A stretch of 64,000 nt of DNA, taken from the IMG/VR virus record IMGVR_UViG_3300027770_003399, positions 32,001-96,000 of that record; one strand, 5' to 3'. Positions within the stretch are counted from its first letter, which is position 1, and each line of letters opens with the position of its first letter. Below are positions 38,699 to 49,463 of the stretch, one piece after another. The notes under the pieces were generated by a model, which worked only from the letters and a program-made list of their open reading frames with translations, made no database searches and had not been told where the DNA came from. This DNA is from a virus. Made by a program: the position numbers and the translations under genes.

Positions 38699-38797
38699 CA
38701 AGCCGATAATACCTGATAGAATGATAGGACGAAGCAAGATTATGGTTATCTCTCGATAACCGCTTGCAAGATTGGTAGAACTCTTGGAGGACTAGAT

Positions 38798-39079
38798 ATG
38801 TCAGAGGTTACTTCGGTTGATAAGACTACTCGGATTCGTTGTGAGGACGAGAAGTTTCTGGAAGCTGTTTTTTCTAGCAAAACATATGCTGAAATTGCAG
38901 TAAAGACGGGGCAGAAGGTTGCTAGCACAATGGCTAGATATGCTCGTACTAAGGCTTCTTTGATTGCTCAGGGCATTGATTTGCCAGCGATGGAACGAGC
39001 AAAGCCTGTAAAGACAGTAAATAAGAATGAGAACATGGCTGATATTGTTCGCAGGCTTAGAGAAGCTCATAACGGATGA
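38798..39079 (+). CDS. small HTH-like protein
   Basis: TYAEIAVKTG..VASTMARY; promoter at about 38696. Confidence 0.6.
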   Translation: MSEVTSVDKTTRIRCEDEKFLEAVFSSKTYAEIAVKTGQKVASTMARYARTKASLIAQGIDLPAMERAKPVKTVNKNENMADIVRRLREAHNG

Positions 39080-39190
39080 TGTACTTTTGTTAGTAAGGGT
39101 CTACCTTTTTGGGCTTTTACTTATAACAAAGTAGTACCTCAAGAACACAGCATGGGCTTCATCTGTGCTGTGTCTTGAGGAACTATACGG

Positions 39191-39274
39191 GCCTTTGTGA
39201 TGAAATTGGCAACCATAGCGGACTTAAAATCCGCTGCTCGTAAGAGCTTGTGGGTTCGAGTCCCACCGAAGGCA
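39191..39274 (+). tRNA. tRNA-Leu(TAA)
   Basis: GCGGA-CTTAAAA-TCCGC; long variable arm; TTCGAGT T-loop; no CCA. Confidence 0.95.
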
Positions 39275-39276
39275 CT

Positions 39277-40204
39277 ATGATAAACTCAACAAATAGATTC
39301 TACAAGGGCATTTGCTCAAATTCTGGAAATGAATCTTCTAATTTTGACCATTTTTATATTTTGACAGTAAGAGATATAAATGATTATTCTGGGGGCCATA
39401 TAGTAGAGACTGTAAAGAATACAGAAGATTATTTTGATGATGATGGAATGATTGGTAGTCCCTATTATATTATTTATGGTCATTTTAAGAGTAATTTTGC
39501 TACTACGTCTCTTTATATTATGGAAACTGAATTTTTATATCAAGCTATTAATATTGTTGAAACCATAACTGGAAATGATATAAAAGAGAACTACTAGAAA
39601 AAAGAATAGGTGTATAAATAGATTATTCTTTCTCTATTAGGGAGTATATTATGACTAAAGATATTAATCACGTTATTCAAGAAATAGCTAAACAAGACAA
39701 ACAACTTCATAATATACAGAGTATAGATACTTCCTTATCTAAAGATATGTCTATCTTGAAAAAAGATGTATCTGATCTTAAAAAGTATGTCAAAACACTA
39801 GAACATAAAATAGATGCTGTTCTAGAGATCATGGTCGAATTTAGAGACGCTGTAGAAATGGCTCAAGACGATGCTGAATCATCAGAGAATCCAGATTGGA
39901 CTCCTTATAACGATGAGGAATACGATAGAGAAGAAGAAGACGAAGACGAAGATGAGGCATTTTAAATATGGAGAGCTTAGTTATTCTAGTCACTATTTTA
40001 GTCTTAATTGTTCTTTTAGTAGGCCCACTAGCTTTAATTATGTCTTATATTAAGATCATTCCAGATATAATTATATGGGTCATGGGATTAATTTCTATCT
40101 CTATTGGGGCATATTGGTTTATTCTGCCGATTCCTTTTATCGTAAAACTCCCAGCGTTGCTTGCAATTTTGTTAGGAATATTCGCAGTAAAGAAAAGGTC
40201 TTGA
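39277..40204 (+). CDS. hypothetical ORFs (39277-39597, 39651-39965 coiled-coil/acidic, 39968-40204 membrane)
   Basis: ORF track, with the first start moved out of the tRNA. Confidence 0.55.
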
Positions 40205-40268
40205 CAAGTCGATAAGACTATGGTAGAATGGGTGAATCATAGGACAGGAAACCTTTTTGGAGAAATAG

Positions 40269-42893
40269 ATGAAACTCGCAGATCGTACAGTTGAAACGCA
40301 CTCATCCGGCATTACTAGCTCTTCTGGGTTCAATATCGCCCAAACTAGTAAAATGTTTAAAATCCTATCTGATTCTCTGTATTCGGATAAGATCATGGCT
40401 GTGATTAGAGAAATATCTACTAATGCTCAGGATGCTCATATTGAGAGTGGAAACAAAAAACCTTTTGTTGTTCATTTGCCGAACGTAACAGAACCCGAAT
40501 TCTCTGTAAGAGACTACGGCACTGGTCTAAGTAAGAGAGATATGGAGGAGTTGTATACAACATATGGTGCTTCTAGCAAGAATGATAGTAATGATTATGT
40601 GGGATGCCTTGGTCTGGGCAGCAAGTCTCCCTTTGCGTATAGTAATAGTTTTACTACGACATCTTATTTTAATGGTAAAAAATATACTTATGTTGCGTCC
40701 ATAGACGAAACAGGTATTCCATCATTAAATCTATTTAATGTTGCAGATACATCGGAAGCTAATGGTCTACAAATTAGTTTTGCTGTTAAAACAGCAGACT
40801 TCGATGCTTTTTCTAATAAAGCAAAGAGGGTATATCATTATTTTAAGAATAAACCATTGGTAATTGGTGGTTCTCCCTTGAATGGATTTGAAAATCACAA
40901 ATATAGCAAAGAAGAGATAATCACTAGTGGGATCAACTGGAAAGTATTAAAAATCTCCAGCTATTCCAACGATGATTTTCCTTCTCAAAATAATAGAGTA
41001 GACAGTAGTCTGGTAGCTATTATGGGAGATGTTGCTTATCCGGTAAATATTAATATGATTACTGGGTCAGTGAAAGAAGAAGATTCTGTATCGGACAAGT
41101 GGACTAATTCTTGGGGATCACAGAAGAAGAAAAATATTCATAACTGGTCATCTTTTCTCAGCGAGATTGATAAGGGGTCTTTCTGTCTAGAAATAAATTT
41201 TAATATTGGCGAACTAGAAATGGATGTTTCTAGAGAATCCCTCCAGTATACTAAAGCTGTTATCAAAACTATCAAAGACAAGGTGGAAGAAGCCTATCTG
41301 TCTATGAGAAAACAGGCCACTAAGGATATTTCAGAATCTAAAACAAAAATCGAGGCTATGAGAAAATACTATAGTCTTGAACAAATCGGTAAAGGCTGGA
41401 ATGTTGGGGCCACATGGACTGATTCTCATGGGGTTGCACATAAAATAGAAGACAAAGATATTGTCTATAAGATAGAACCTAACAAGAATCTACTTGTGTT
41501 TAATTATAAATCCCCATCATATAGAAGTAAAAGATTAGTTTGTCCAACAGATAGGATTCATGTCGAGACAATAAATGGAGTAGGATACTACGCATCAAAA
41601 GCAAAATCTAAGGTAGTATTCTTTTATCGTGATGTTAAAAGTTTGGATCAGGCTCAATCTATAGTTACAAGATATTGTAATCAGAATACCTGTTTTGCAT
41701 ACCTACTATCAGATAGGGATCATGCCAAATCTCTTGAGGGATTTGACACTCTTGTAGAAGATGTTGGAAAGGAAAATATCCTTCCTGTTAGTGATTATAA
41801 AAATCTTATGAAGAATACTTCATCAAGATCAAGATCAGGTGGTTCTAGTGGACAGGGGCAGATTAGCAAGGATGATATATTTATTCTGTGTTGTTCTGAC
41901 CCGAATAAGGAATTGGCTGGAATATCGGCCAAACTTAATAATTCCAATTCTTTGAGTGAGATAGATGATGATTATCTATTTGACATAAAGAAGAAAAATA
42001 AAGATATGATCTATATTCCAATTGATAGATATTCTTCGATACTTGGATATAATGATATTTCTCTTGTGAAATTAGCAATATCTCATCTTTCGTTAAAGGT
42101 AGATGTTTTCTGCATCAAGAATAGTTCAGTAAATATATACAGGAAGCAGGGATATAAACTTGTAGACTTTAACGATTATGTTAATCAGCTAGTGTCTGAT
42201 ATGAAAAAAGAATATAAAGAAGAAATGAGTTATCTGCCAATTGTTGAAAAAGAAACAAAAGAAGTCTCTATGACTTATAATAAGAAAGATAGTAGTCAAT
42301 ATGAATGTTGTGTACACATGCTCAATATTTTTGGGCTAGATTATAGTAAATTTATTTCTGATAAAAATCTAGTAAGAAGTATCGATCAATTCCTGATAAA
42401 AAACTTTTTTGCAGCAGTTGTGGTGAGCGATACTATTACAACAGACAGATTTAAAAGAGAAGAGTACATGACTCACATAGAGGGATTATTTAAAAAATAT
42501 AATATTTCCACTATTCATAATTTGCCAGAGAGAATAATTTCTTGTTATCAACTAAGCATTAAAATTTTAGCTTTGTACAACGATCTAACAAGACAAGAGA
42601 CGCACAAATCTTTTGTTGAGGCTAAATCAACCTGCATATTAGACACTTTTGACGAAATAGCAAAAAATATTAATATTGTGCTTGACAAGAACCCTCTGAT
42701 CGAGTATATTTGTAGTATGACAAGTGTGTCTCACAACCTGACGGGATTGCAGAAATCAAATGATCCAATAGAATCTCTTCAGGCTGCTCGATCAGTGAGC
42801 AAATATCGTTATCTTTATTATAAACAAAGAGTTCCTAAGATCAAAAACAATAGTCAGTTTCGTGTTCAAGTTGCCCGTGGTATCAATTCTTAG
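40269..42893 (+). CDS. rIIA: rIIA-like protein (HSP90-type ATPase N-terminus)
   Basis: LYSDKIMAVIREISTNA.DAH, FSVRDYGTGL, Y.ASSK..SND..G..GLGSKSPFAY; adjacent to an rIIB-like gene. Confidence 0.9.
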   Translation: MKLADRTVETHSSGITSSSGFNIAQTSKMFKILSDSLYSDKIMAVIREISTNAQDAHIESGNKKPFVVHLPNVTEPEFSVRDYGTGLSKRDMEELYTTYGASSKNDSNDYVGCLGLGSKSPFAYSNSFTTTSYFNGKKYTYVASIDETGIPSLNLFNVADTSEANGLQISFAVKTADFDAFSNKAKRVYHYFKNKPLVIGGSPLNGFENHKYSKEEIITSGINWKVLKISSYSNDDFPSQNNRVDSSLVAIMGDVAYPVNINMITGSVKEEDSVSDKWTNSWGSQKKKNIHNWSSFLSEIDKGSFCLEINFNIGELEMDVSRESLQYTKAVIKTIKDKVEEAYLSMRKQATKDISESKTKIEAMRKYYSLEQIGKGWNVGATWTDSHGVAHKIEDKDIVYKIEPNKNLLVFNYKSPSYRSKRLVCPTDRIHVETINGVGYYASKAKSKVVFFYRDVKSLDQAQSIVTRYCNQNTCFAYLLSDRDHAKSLEGFDTLVEDVGKENILPVSDYKNLMKNTSSRSRSGGSSGQGQISKDDIFILCCSDPNKELAGISAKLNNSNSLSEIDDDYLFDIKKKNKDMIYIPIDRYSSILGYNDISLVKLAISHLSLKVDVFCIKNSSVNIYRKQGYKLVDFNDYVNQLVSDMKKEYKEEMSYLPIVEKETKEVSMTYNKKDSSQYECCVHMLNIFGLDYSKFISDKNLVRSIDQFLIKNFFAAVVVSDTITTDRFKREEYMTHIEGLFKKYNISTIHNLPERIISCYQLSIKILALYNDLTRQETHKSFVEAKSTCILDTFDEIAKNINIVLDKNPLIEYICSMTSVSHNLTGLQKSNDPIESLQAARSVSKYRYLYYKQRVPKIKNNSQFRVQVARGINS

Positions 42894-42908
42894 TCATAGG
42901 AGAATGAG

Positions 42909-43772
42909 ATGAGCGTTCCTTTTTTGTGGGTGGATGGTAATCTTACGTTGATTTTAAATAATAAGACTTATCAGGTGTTGCCTGATCATGTCAACTATAG
43001 GATTATTCTTGAGAATCTAAAGGATAGTTCAGCAGAAGACCTTGAGGCTCTTGTGGATATTCAAAAGTGCATGGAAGTATATACAGATGGTGCTGTTGAA
43101 ATCAAGCAGGGTAAAGTGTTTTACTCTGGGGAAGAGGTTCATGGTGCTATCAGTAAGAGGATTCTGGAGTTTATGAGCAAGGGACTACCTTTTGAGCCTC
43201 TGGTAAAGTTCTTGGATAATCTTATGGAGAATCCAAGTATGCAGAGTCAGAAGGAACTGTATGATTTCTTGGAACATAAATCCCTCCCTATTACAGAAGA
43301 CGGTTGTTTTCTTGCTTACAAGGCTGTTAGAAAAGACTATATGGATAAATATAGTGGGAAATTTGATAACAAGGTGGGATCAGTAGTCAGTATGATTAGA
43401 GCGAAAGTAGACGACAATCGCTCTGTAGGATGTTCTGCTGGTCTTCATGTTGGGGCTTTAGATTATGTTTGTGGATATGGTTCTTTAGAAGCTGGAGACA
43501 AGATCGTTATAGTTAAGATCAATCCGAAGGATGCTGTTAGTGTACCCACAGATAGTAATCATCAAAAACTTCGTACTTGCTCTTATGAAGTTGTTGGTGA
43601 ATATGAAGGAGAGCTATTGAAGCCTTTGTATTCTTCAGAGTACGATTCTGAGGACGAGGATGAAGATGACTATGATACTTCAGAGTATGATTGGAGTTGG
43701 AAAGACGAAGAAGACGAAGAGGACGAAGATGATGACGATGTAGAAGACTACGACAATAACCAGTACCTGTGA
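42909..43772 (+). CDS. rIIB: rIIB-like protein
   Basis: FLDNLMENPS, ELYDFL, LPITEDGCFLAYKAV, CSAGLHVG, VKINPKDAVSVP, KLRTC.YEV. Confidence 0.92.
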   Translation: MSVPFLWVDGNLTLILNNKTYQVLPDHVNYRIILENLKDSSAEDLEALVDIQKCMEVYTDGAVEIKQGKVFYSGEEVHGAISKRILEFMSKGLPFEPLVKFLDNLMENPSMQSQKELYDFLEHKSLPITEDGCFLAYKAVRKDYMDKYSGKFDNKVGSVVSMIRAKVDDNRSVGCSAGLHVGALDYVCGYGSLEAGDKIVIVKINPKDAVSVPTDSNHQKLRTCSYEVVGEYEGELLKPLYSSEYDSEDEDEDDYDTSEYDWSWKDEEDEEDEDDDDVEDYDNNQYL

Positions 43773-43780
43773 GATAACCA

Positions 43781-44772
43781 ATGAGTCAAGAGCCAGATAA
43801 AAAACCAGAAGATAAATATTCATTTAAAATTGATGTAGATATGTATAAAAATCTATCAAAAACATTAAAATCTCTCTGGAAAGAAATTGGTTCTTCATCA
43901 CAATGTGTTTCTTTTCCTATAACTAATATGTTCTCGTATACGGGGGAAGTAAAAGCTCCCCTGTATATGGGGAACAATCAGTATGGAGATGGTATTTATA
44001 AAACAATATTTGAGCCGTTTAGACATGAATATATTAACCATCTACAAAAACATGCTGGATACTTTGTTAGCCAGCCCAGCTACTATAAAGGAATGTTTGA
44101 CATACTTAATTAAGACCCATATGAAAACATATTTTATAGTATTAACTGACAATTACCACAGATTTGATACTTATGAACAAACTCGTATTTTTTGTTCACA
44201 GAGTGTAGACAAAGGAGTATTTCCAAAACATATAAAAGAGTATTATTCACAATCCCACAATCTAATTACTGAATATATGGTTCAATCAGATGTTAGATTA
44301 ATAGTGACTAAATATCACGAAGGAGTCAGCGATGAAGTCAGAATGGTATAAAATTAATGATCTGAAAACCTTCATAAAGCATACTAGGTTCATGGTCTTT
44401 GAAACATTTGGAGACGGTAATAACAGAGCGAATGATGATTTTACTGAATTAATGTCAAACCAAAAACTCAAAGATAAAAAAGAAATGGAAAGGCTCCTTC
44501 CTGCTAAAGAGACAATTCAAATAATCACGGCTGGAATAAAAAAACGATTATCAAAAGATGGAGAGGTAGAATTTACAGTAACGAATAAGGCATTTAAGAA
44601 AATGTTGGAAGAGCTAAATGCTAGAATGGTTAGTAACATACTTGCGAAATTATCATCAGAAGGACTAATAGAAACTGCTTTTGATAGTGAAAAAAATGAT
44701 TTTGTATTTTGGGTAAGTGAAAAAGGAAATAGTCATGTTGAAGAAGAAAGTCCAGAGCCAGAAACCGATTGA
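43781..44772 (+). CDS. hypothetical ORFs (43781-44113, 44121-44351, 44332-44772)
   Basis: ORF track; operon-like packing. Confidence 0.55.
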
Positions 44773-45271
44773 GCATGATATTCATTTAAAATATAAGTGT
44801 CCAACCTGCGATCAACATCATTGGTTAGCTTTTAGAGAAGCTAAAACAAAAAATTTCAAGGTTGTTTGTGATTGCAATACTGTTTTTAAAGTCAAAAGAA
44901 TCTCTGCTTTTAAAATTAAGTATCAGCTAGAAAACAAATCTTTTGAAATAGAAAAGACCAAGAACGAGATCGCTCCTCCAATAGTAGCTGCCACAGTAGT
45001 AGCTCCAATAGTAGTTGCCCCGGTAGTAGCTCCAATAGTAGTTCCTCCAGTAGTAGCTCCAATAGTAGTTCCTACAATAGTAGCTCCTCCAGTAGTAGCC
45101 CCACCCCAGATTCCATTAGAGTTATTGAATAAAGCATGTAAACTTTTTATAACTTATGGATTTACACAGAAAGAATCGATATTGCTGTTAAAGTCTAGTT
45201 ATGAGAAAAATCCAGTAGATGACTATTCTAGTTTAATAAAAAACACCTTGGAACTAATTAAGAGAAAATAA
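44735..45271 (+). CDS. Zn-ribbon + Pro/Val linker + RuvA C-terminal-like domain
   Basis: CPTC and CDC; 45-aa APxVV repeat; C-terminal helices resembling RuvA domain III; directly upstream of ruvB. Confidence 0.6.
   Translation: MLKKKVQSQKPIEHDIHLKYKCPTCDQHHWLAFREAKTKNFKVVCDCNTVFKVKRISAFKIKYQLENKSFEIEKTKNEIAPPIVAATVVAPIVVAPVVAPIVVPPVVAPIVVPTIVAPPVVAPPQIPLELLNKACKLFITYGFTQKESILLLKSSYEKNPVDDYSSLIKNTLELIKRK
44972..45106 (+). repeat. degenerate 15-bp-period coding repeat
   Basis: Recurrent (A)TAGTAG(C/T)T units encoding APPIVAATVVAPIVV... Confidence 0.85.
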
Positions 45272-45273
45272 AG

Positions 45274-46167
45274 ATGACATTCAGACCAACTAAATTTGAG
45301 GATATTGTAGGACAATCAGATGTTATTAATCGTCTAAAAATCAGCACTCATGGTTTTAAAAGTGGGGAGTCATCATCCATGCCTCATCTTTTAATAGACG
45401 GCCCACCGGGGTTAGGAAAGACCACCCTAGCCTGTGCAATAGCTAATGAGTTAGGAGTTCCTATTCTTGTTGCCAATGGAGCAAATCTAAGAAGTATTAA
45501 AAATATAATTCCTTATCTATTGGGAATATCTTCTAAAACAGTTTTATTTATAGATGAAATTCATAGACTAACAAAAATAGTCGAAGAGTTTCTGTATCCT
45601 GTTATGGAAGATTTTATTGTTAATATTAGTACCGATGGAAATTTAGAGAAGATCGATATTCCACAATTTACTCTTATAGGAGCAACAACTAGTGGGGGAA
45701 GTTTAAGTCAACCTTTTTATGATAGATTTCAAATGAAAGAGCATCTTTCTTTTTATACCCCAGATGAGCTAGCTAAACTAGCAGGATCGAATAGTCAGAG
45801 GCTTGGTATGGCCCTTGACGATGAAGAACTATTGGAAATAGCAAAAAGGAGCAAGGGAACCCCTAGAATTCTTAACGCTAGATTACAGTGGTACAAAAGT
45901 TGCGTCTCTTATCACAAAGATAAAAAAATGACGGTTGACGAAATATTTGATAGCCAAGGAATTGACAGTATGGGATTAGATATTTATGATAGAATGTATA
46001 TAGGCATATTAAAAAAACACAGGGGAACTCATCTTGGACTAAAAAGTATCTCAACATTAACAGGAATTGCTGTTGAGACAATAGAAAATAGTATCGAGCC
46101 ATATTTAGTAAGGTCTGGTTTTGTACTGAGAACACAAAAGGGTAGAACTTGCGGTAACATAGATTAG
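45274..46167 (+). CDS. ruvB: Holliday junction branch-migration ATPase
   Basis: RP..F...VGQ, GPPGLGKTTLA, LFIDEIHRL, YPVMEDF, FTLIGATT, GTPR, IEPYL, RT..GR. Confidence 0.95.
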   Translation: MTFRPTKFEDIVGQSDVINRLKISTHGFKSGESSSMPHLLIDGPPGLGKTTLACAIANELGVPILVANGANLRSIKNIIPYLLGISSKTVLFIDEIHRLTKIVEEFLYPVMEDFIVNISTDGNLEKIDIPQFTLIGATTSGGSLSQPFYDRFQMKEHLSFYTPDELAKLAGSNSQRLGMALDDEELLEIAKRSKGTPRILNARLQWYKSCVSYHKDKKMTVDEIFDSQGIDSMGLDIYDRMYIGILKKHRGTHLGLKSISTLTGIAVETIENSIEPYLVRSGFVLRTQKGRTCGNID

Positions 46168-46274
46168 AAAATATGTCTTTATGTATGGAGAATTAACATA
46201 AACTTGATTTTTATTTCTTGGCAAATACTATTATTACAGTGTCCTTTCTCAAAATACTCTACACGAACTATAAA

Positions 46275-47165
46275 ATGAATAAAGACTCATCTCTACTTGC
46301 TAGTTTGATTAAAAACTCTTGGGTATCTAAAGATATAAATATTGAGTATTATGAAAATCCTTATCGTCATCTCATTATCGATAATTTGTTTTCTAAGGAA
46401 GTATATTCCAATATTTGTGAACAGATACCGATATTAATATCTCAAACAGTGGCGTATAAAGATACTCCCGGTGCTACGAGCGACTATGCTGGTTATATAA
46501 AAGGAATAAGCGAAGACTATAAAGACACCCTTGGTATTGGAGCTTTCTTGTCTTTAGAGCTAAAGAATTTTTTATCAAACATCTTTGAAGTGGAAACCAA
46601 TCAATACGTTGCCACATCTGCGCATTGGCATGGTGCTCCTTCCAAATCGGGCCATATACATAGAGACTCTAACATTTGTTCTTTTTTAAGCTCAGATAAA
46701 CAGATAAGTATGTCTGGAGGATGCGTATACACAGATGATTCTGATAAAAACCCAGATACTATAAAAGTAATTAGGTCTATAGCCATGTTATACTATGCTA
46801 ATAATCCAGGGAAGATAGACGATTATGTTGGTGGTTCTACTGGAATTTATGATGGTTATCAAGGCAAGTTAATCAAAGAAGTCAAAGCTCTTAACAACAG
46901 ACTATTGGTTTTTGAAGTATGTCCAAATAGCTATCATGCTTTTATCGGAGCTAATTTTGACAGGTCTGCCTTAGTCCAGTGGTATCATTGTAGTCCAGCT
47001 TATTTTATTCATAGGAATCTATTTCAAATAAAAAAAGATTATAAAATAGATGGTAGAACACATGAGGGTTGGGGAACTTCTGGTAGTAAATGGAATATTG
47101 AAAATGATCCAGAATATAGTAAGTATTTTGGAGAAAGTAAATTAAGGGACATACTTCTAGGATAA
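46275..47165 (+). CDS. 2OG-Fe(II) oxygenase
   Basis: PYRHLIIDNLF, IHRD, MLYY.N, NRLLVF...SYH motifs. Confidence 0.8.
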   Translation: MNKDSSLLASLIKNSWVSKDINIEYYENPYRHLIIDNLFSKEVYSNICEQIPILISQTVAYKDTPGATSDYAGYIKGISEDYKDTLGIGAFLSLELKNFLSNIFEVETNQYVATSAHWHGAPSKSGHIHRDSNICSFLSSDKQISMSGGCVYTDDSDKNPDTIKVIRSIAMLYYANNPGKIDDYVGGSTGIYDGYQGKLIKEVKALNNRLLVFEVCPNSYHAFIGANFDRSALVQWYHCSPAYFIHRNLFQIKKDYKIDGRTHEGWGTSGSKWNIENDPEYSKYFGESKLRDILLG

Positions 47166-47172
47166 GAAACAA

Positions 47173-47787
47173 ATGATAAAAATACTGGTTTTAGGAGGAA
47201 CTCAATTCATAGGTAGGGATTTAGTGGAAACCCTAATGATAAATGAGAACTATTCTTTATCCTTAGCCAATAGGGGAATTTCTAATACTAACTTATTTAA
47301 TAATTTATGCAAACTAAATATAGACAGAAATAATAAAGAAACATGCTCCAAACTAATTGATAGTGAATATGATATAGTTATAGACTTTTCCTGCTACACA
47401 CAGACACAGTTCACTAACACTATCCCTTATTTAAGACACAAAAAATATATTTATATTTCAACATCAGCAACAAGATTTCCCGAGCAGATAAGAAAAAACT
47501 ATAAAAATGATCCCTACTACTCCTATTACATCAATAAAATAGAAGCAGAAGAGTATGTGGTAAATAATATAAAAAACTGCGTCATATTAAGACCTCCTGT
47601 TGTGTACGGAGAAAATGATTACACTGGAAGATTTTATACAAAAGATGGTATATTTTATTGGAAAAATGATAATAGAAAAGCTGGTATTAGTTCTGAAACT
47701 ATTTATGTCAAAGATATAACTAGAACTATTATACAGAACCTCTTCTTGGGCGATGATTATACAGATGCCGTAATAATTGATCTATAA
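47173..47787 (+). CDS. NAD-dependent epimerase/reductase (SDR-like)
   Basis: GGTQFIG, YIYIST, YYINK..AE, LRPPVVYG. Confidence 0.85.
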   Translation: MIKILVLGGTQFIGRDLVETLMINENYSLSLANRGISNTNLFNNLCKLNIDRNNKETCSKLIDSEYDIVIDFSCYTQTQFTNTIPYLRHKKYIYISTSATRFPEQIRKNYKNDPYYSYYINKIEAEEYVVNNIKNCVILRPPVVYGENDYTGRFYTKDGIFYWKNDNRKAGISSETIYVKDITRTIIQNLFLGDDYTDAVIIDL

Positions 47788-47807
47788 AAAACAGACTATT
47801 TAATAAT

Positions 47808-48116
47808 ATGTTCTTTAATAAAAATATTCGATTTGCCATAAGATCACCCAAGTGGCAGACTGTTCGTAAAAATCATCTTATTTTAAATCCTATCTGTGCT
47901 GCTTGTGGAAAATCTAAGAAATTAGAAGTTCATCATATAGTCCCAGTACATATAGACCCCTCTAAAGAATTAGACCCCGACAACCTTATGACCTTGTGTG
48001 CTGATCCTTGCCACATTCTATTTGGTCATTTAATGGATTTTAAGAGTTGGAATAGTGGTGTAAATGAAGATTGTAAAGAATATTATCAAAAGATATTAGA
48101 TAGGCCATATAAATAA
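47808..48116 (+). CDS. HNH endonuclease
   Basis: CAACG...EVHHI.P...DPDNLMTLC..CH...H. Confidence 0.9.
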   Translation: MFFNKNIRFAIRSPKWQTVRKNHLILNPICAACGKSKKLEVHHIVPVHIDPSKELDPDNLMTLCADPCHILFGHLMDFKSWNSGVNEDCKEYYQKILDRPYK

Positions 48117-48125
48117 GGAGAAGCT

Positions 48126-49463
48126 ATGTTTTCTATTTTTGGGGAACAATATGGCATCTGTAATAAGCTAGGTAGAAGAGATTTTCTATCAATAGGTGGA
48201 TTATCTTTTGGTCTGGGTGGATTATCTTTGCCACAAATATTAAAAGCTCAAGAGTCTTCTGGTAAAAAACACAAATCTTTAATCAATATATTTTTAGCTG
48301 GTGGGCCACCTCATCAAGACTTATGGGATTTAAAGCCAGATGCTCCGTCTGAAATTAGGGGAGAATTTGATCCCATCAAAACTAATGTTGGTGGAATTGA
48401 AATTTGTGAAGTTTTTCCACAGTTAGCTCAACGAATGGACAAGTGTGCTATCATACGATCTATCATTGGTTGTCATGGAGATCATGCTGCTTTTCAATGT
48501 ATGTCTGGTTGGACTCCTGATAATCTAAAAAGTATTGGAGGAAGACCCTCTATCGGAGCAACAGTCTCACGAATCCAAGGGTCTGTTGATCCATCTGTTC
48601 CAGCATATGTTGGTTTAGCAGATAAGACCGATCACATGCCTTGGTCTGATGCTGGAGGAGCGGGGTTTTTAGGAACATCTCACGGGGCATTTAAACCAGA
48701 TGGGCCAGGATTACAGAATATGATATTAAAAGATTTAACTTTGGATAGAATACGAAATAGAAAAGACTTGTTAGCTAGTATAGACAATTTAAAAAGGGCG
48801 ATGGATTCTAATGGGTCTATGAAAGGGATGGATTCATTTAGTCAAAAGGCTTTTGATGTTTTATCTGGTAGTAAATTATTAACAGCATTAGATTTGTCAA
48901 AAGAAGACCCTAATGTATTGTCTGCTTATGGAGATGGAAAACCTTATAATTATCAATATGATGGAGCGCCCACTTGTAATGACCATCTTTTAATGGCTAG
49001 AAGATTAATTGAAGCAGGAGTGCGGGTGGTGAGTCTTAGCTATGGTCGATGGGATAGTCATGGTAGTAATTTTGATTTGGTCAGAGATCATGGGTCAAAA
49101 TTAGACCAATCTCTTAGTGCTTTAATAGATGATCTTAGTACCAGAGGAATGTTAGATGATGTAACTATTATAGTTTGGGGAGAATTTGGTAGAACGCCAA
49201 AAATAAACAAAGATGCTGGACGAGATCATTGGCCTCAAGTAAACTCAGCATTATTGGTTGGAGGAGGAATGAAAACGGGACAGGTTATCGGTTCCACCAA
49301 TAGACTAGGGGAATATGCTGTTGATAGACCAGTTCATGTTCAAGAAATATTTGCAACCCTCTATCATAATCTTGGCATAGACACATCACAACAAACAATA
49401 GTAGATACAACTGGAAGACCCCAATATCTTGTTGAGCACCCTTATCTTAAAGAATTAGTCTAA
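48126..49463 (+). CDS. DUF1501 family protein with a Tat-like motif
   Basis: GRRDFL; FLAGGPPHQDLWDLKP; WDSH; GEFGRTPKIN..GRDHWP. Confidence 0.93.
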   Translation: MFSIFGEQYGICNKLGRRDFLSIGGLSFGLGGLSLPQILKAQESSGKKHKSLINIFLAGGPPHQDLWDLKPDAPSEIRGEFDPIKTNVGGIEICEVFPQLAQRMDKCAIIRSIIGCHGDHAAFQCMSGWTPDNLKSIGGRPSIGATVSRIQGSVDPSVPAYVGLADKTDHMPWSDAGGAGFLGTSHGAFKPDGPGLQNMILKDLTLDRIRNRKDLLASIDNLKRAMDSNGSMKGMDSFSQKAFDVLSGSKLLTALDLSKEDPNVLSAYGDGKPYNYQYDGAPTCNDHLLMARRLIEAGVRVVSLSYGRWDSHGSNFDLVRDHGSKLDQSLSALIDDLSTRGMLDDVTIIVWGEFGRTPKINKDAGRDHWPQVNSALLVGGGMKTGQVIGSTNRLGEYAVDRPVHVQEIFATLYHNLGIDTSQQTIVDTTGRPQYLVEHPYLKELV

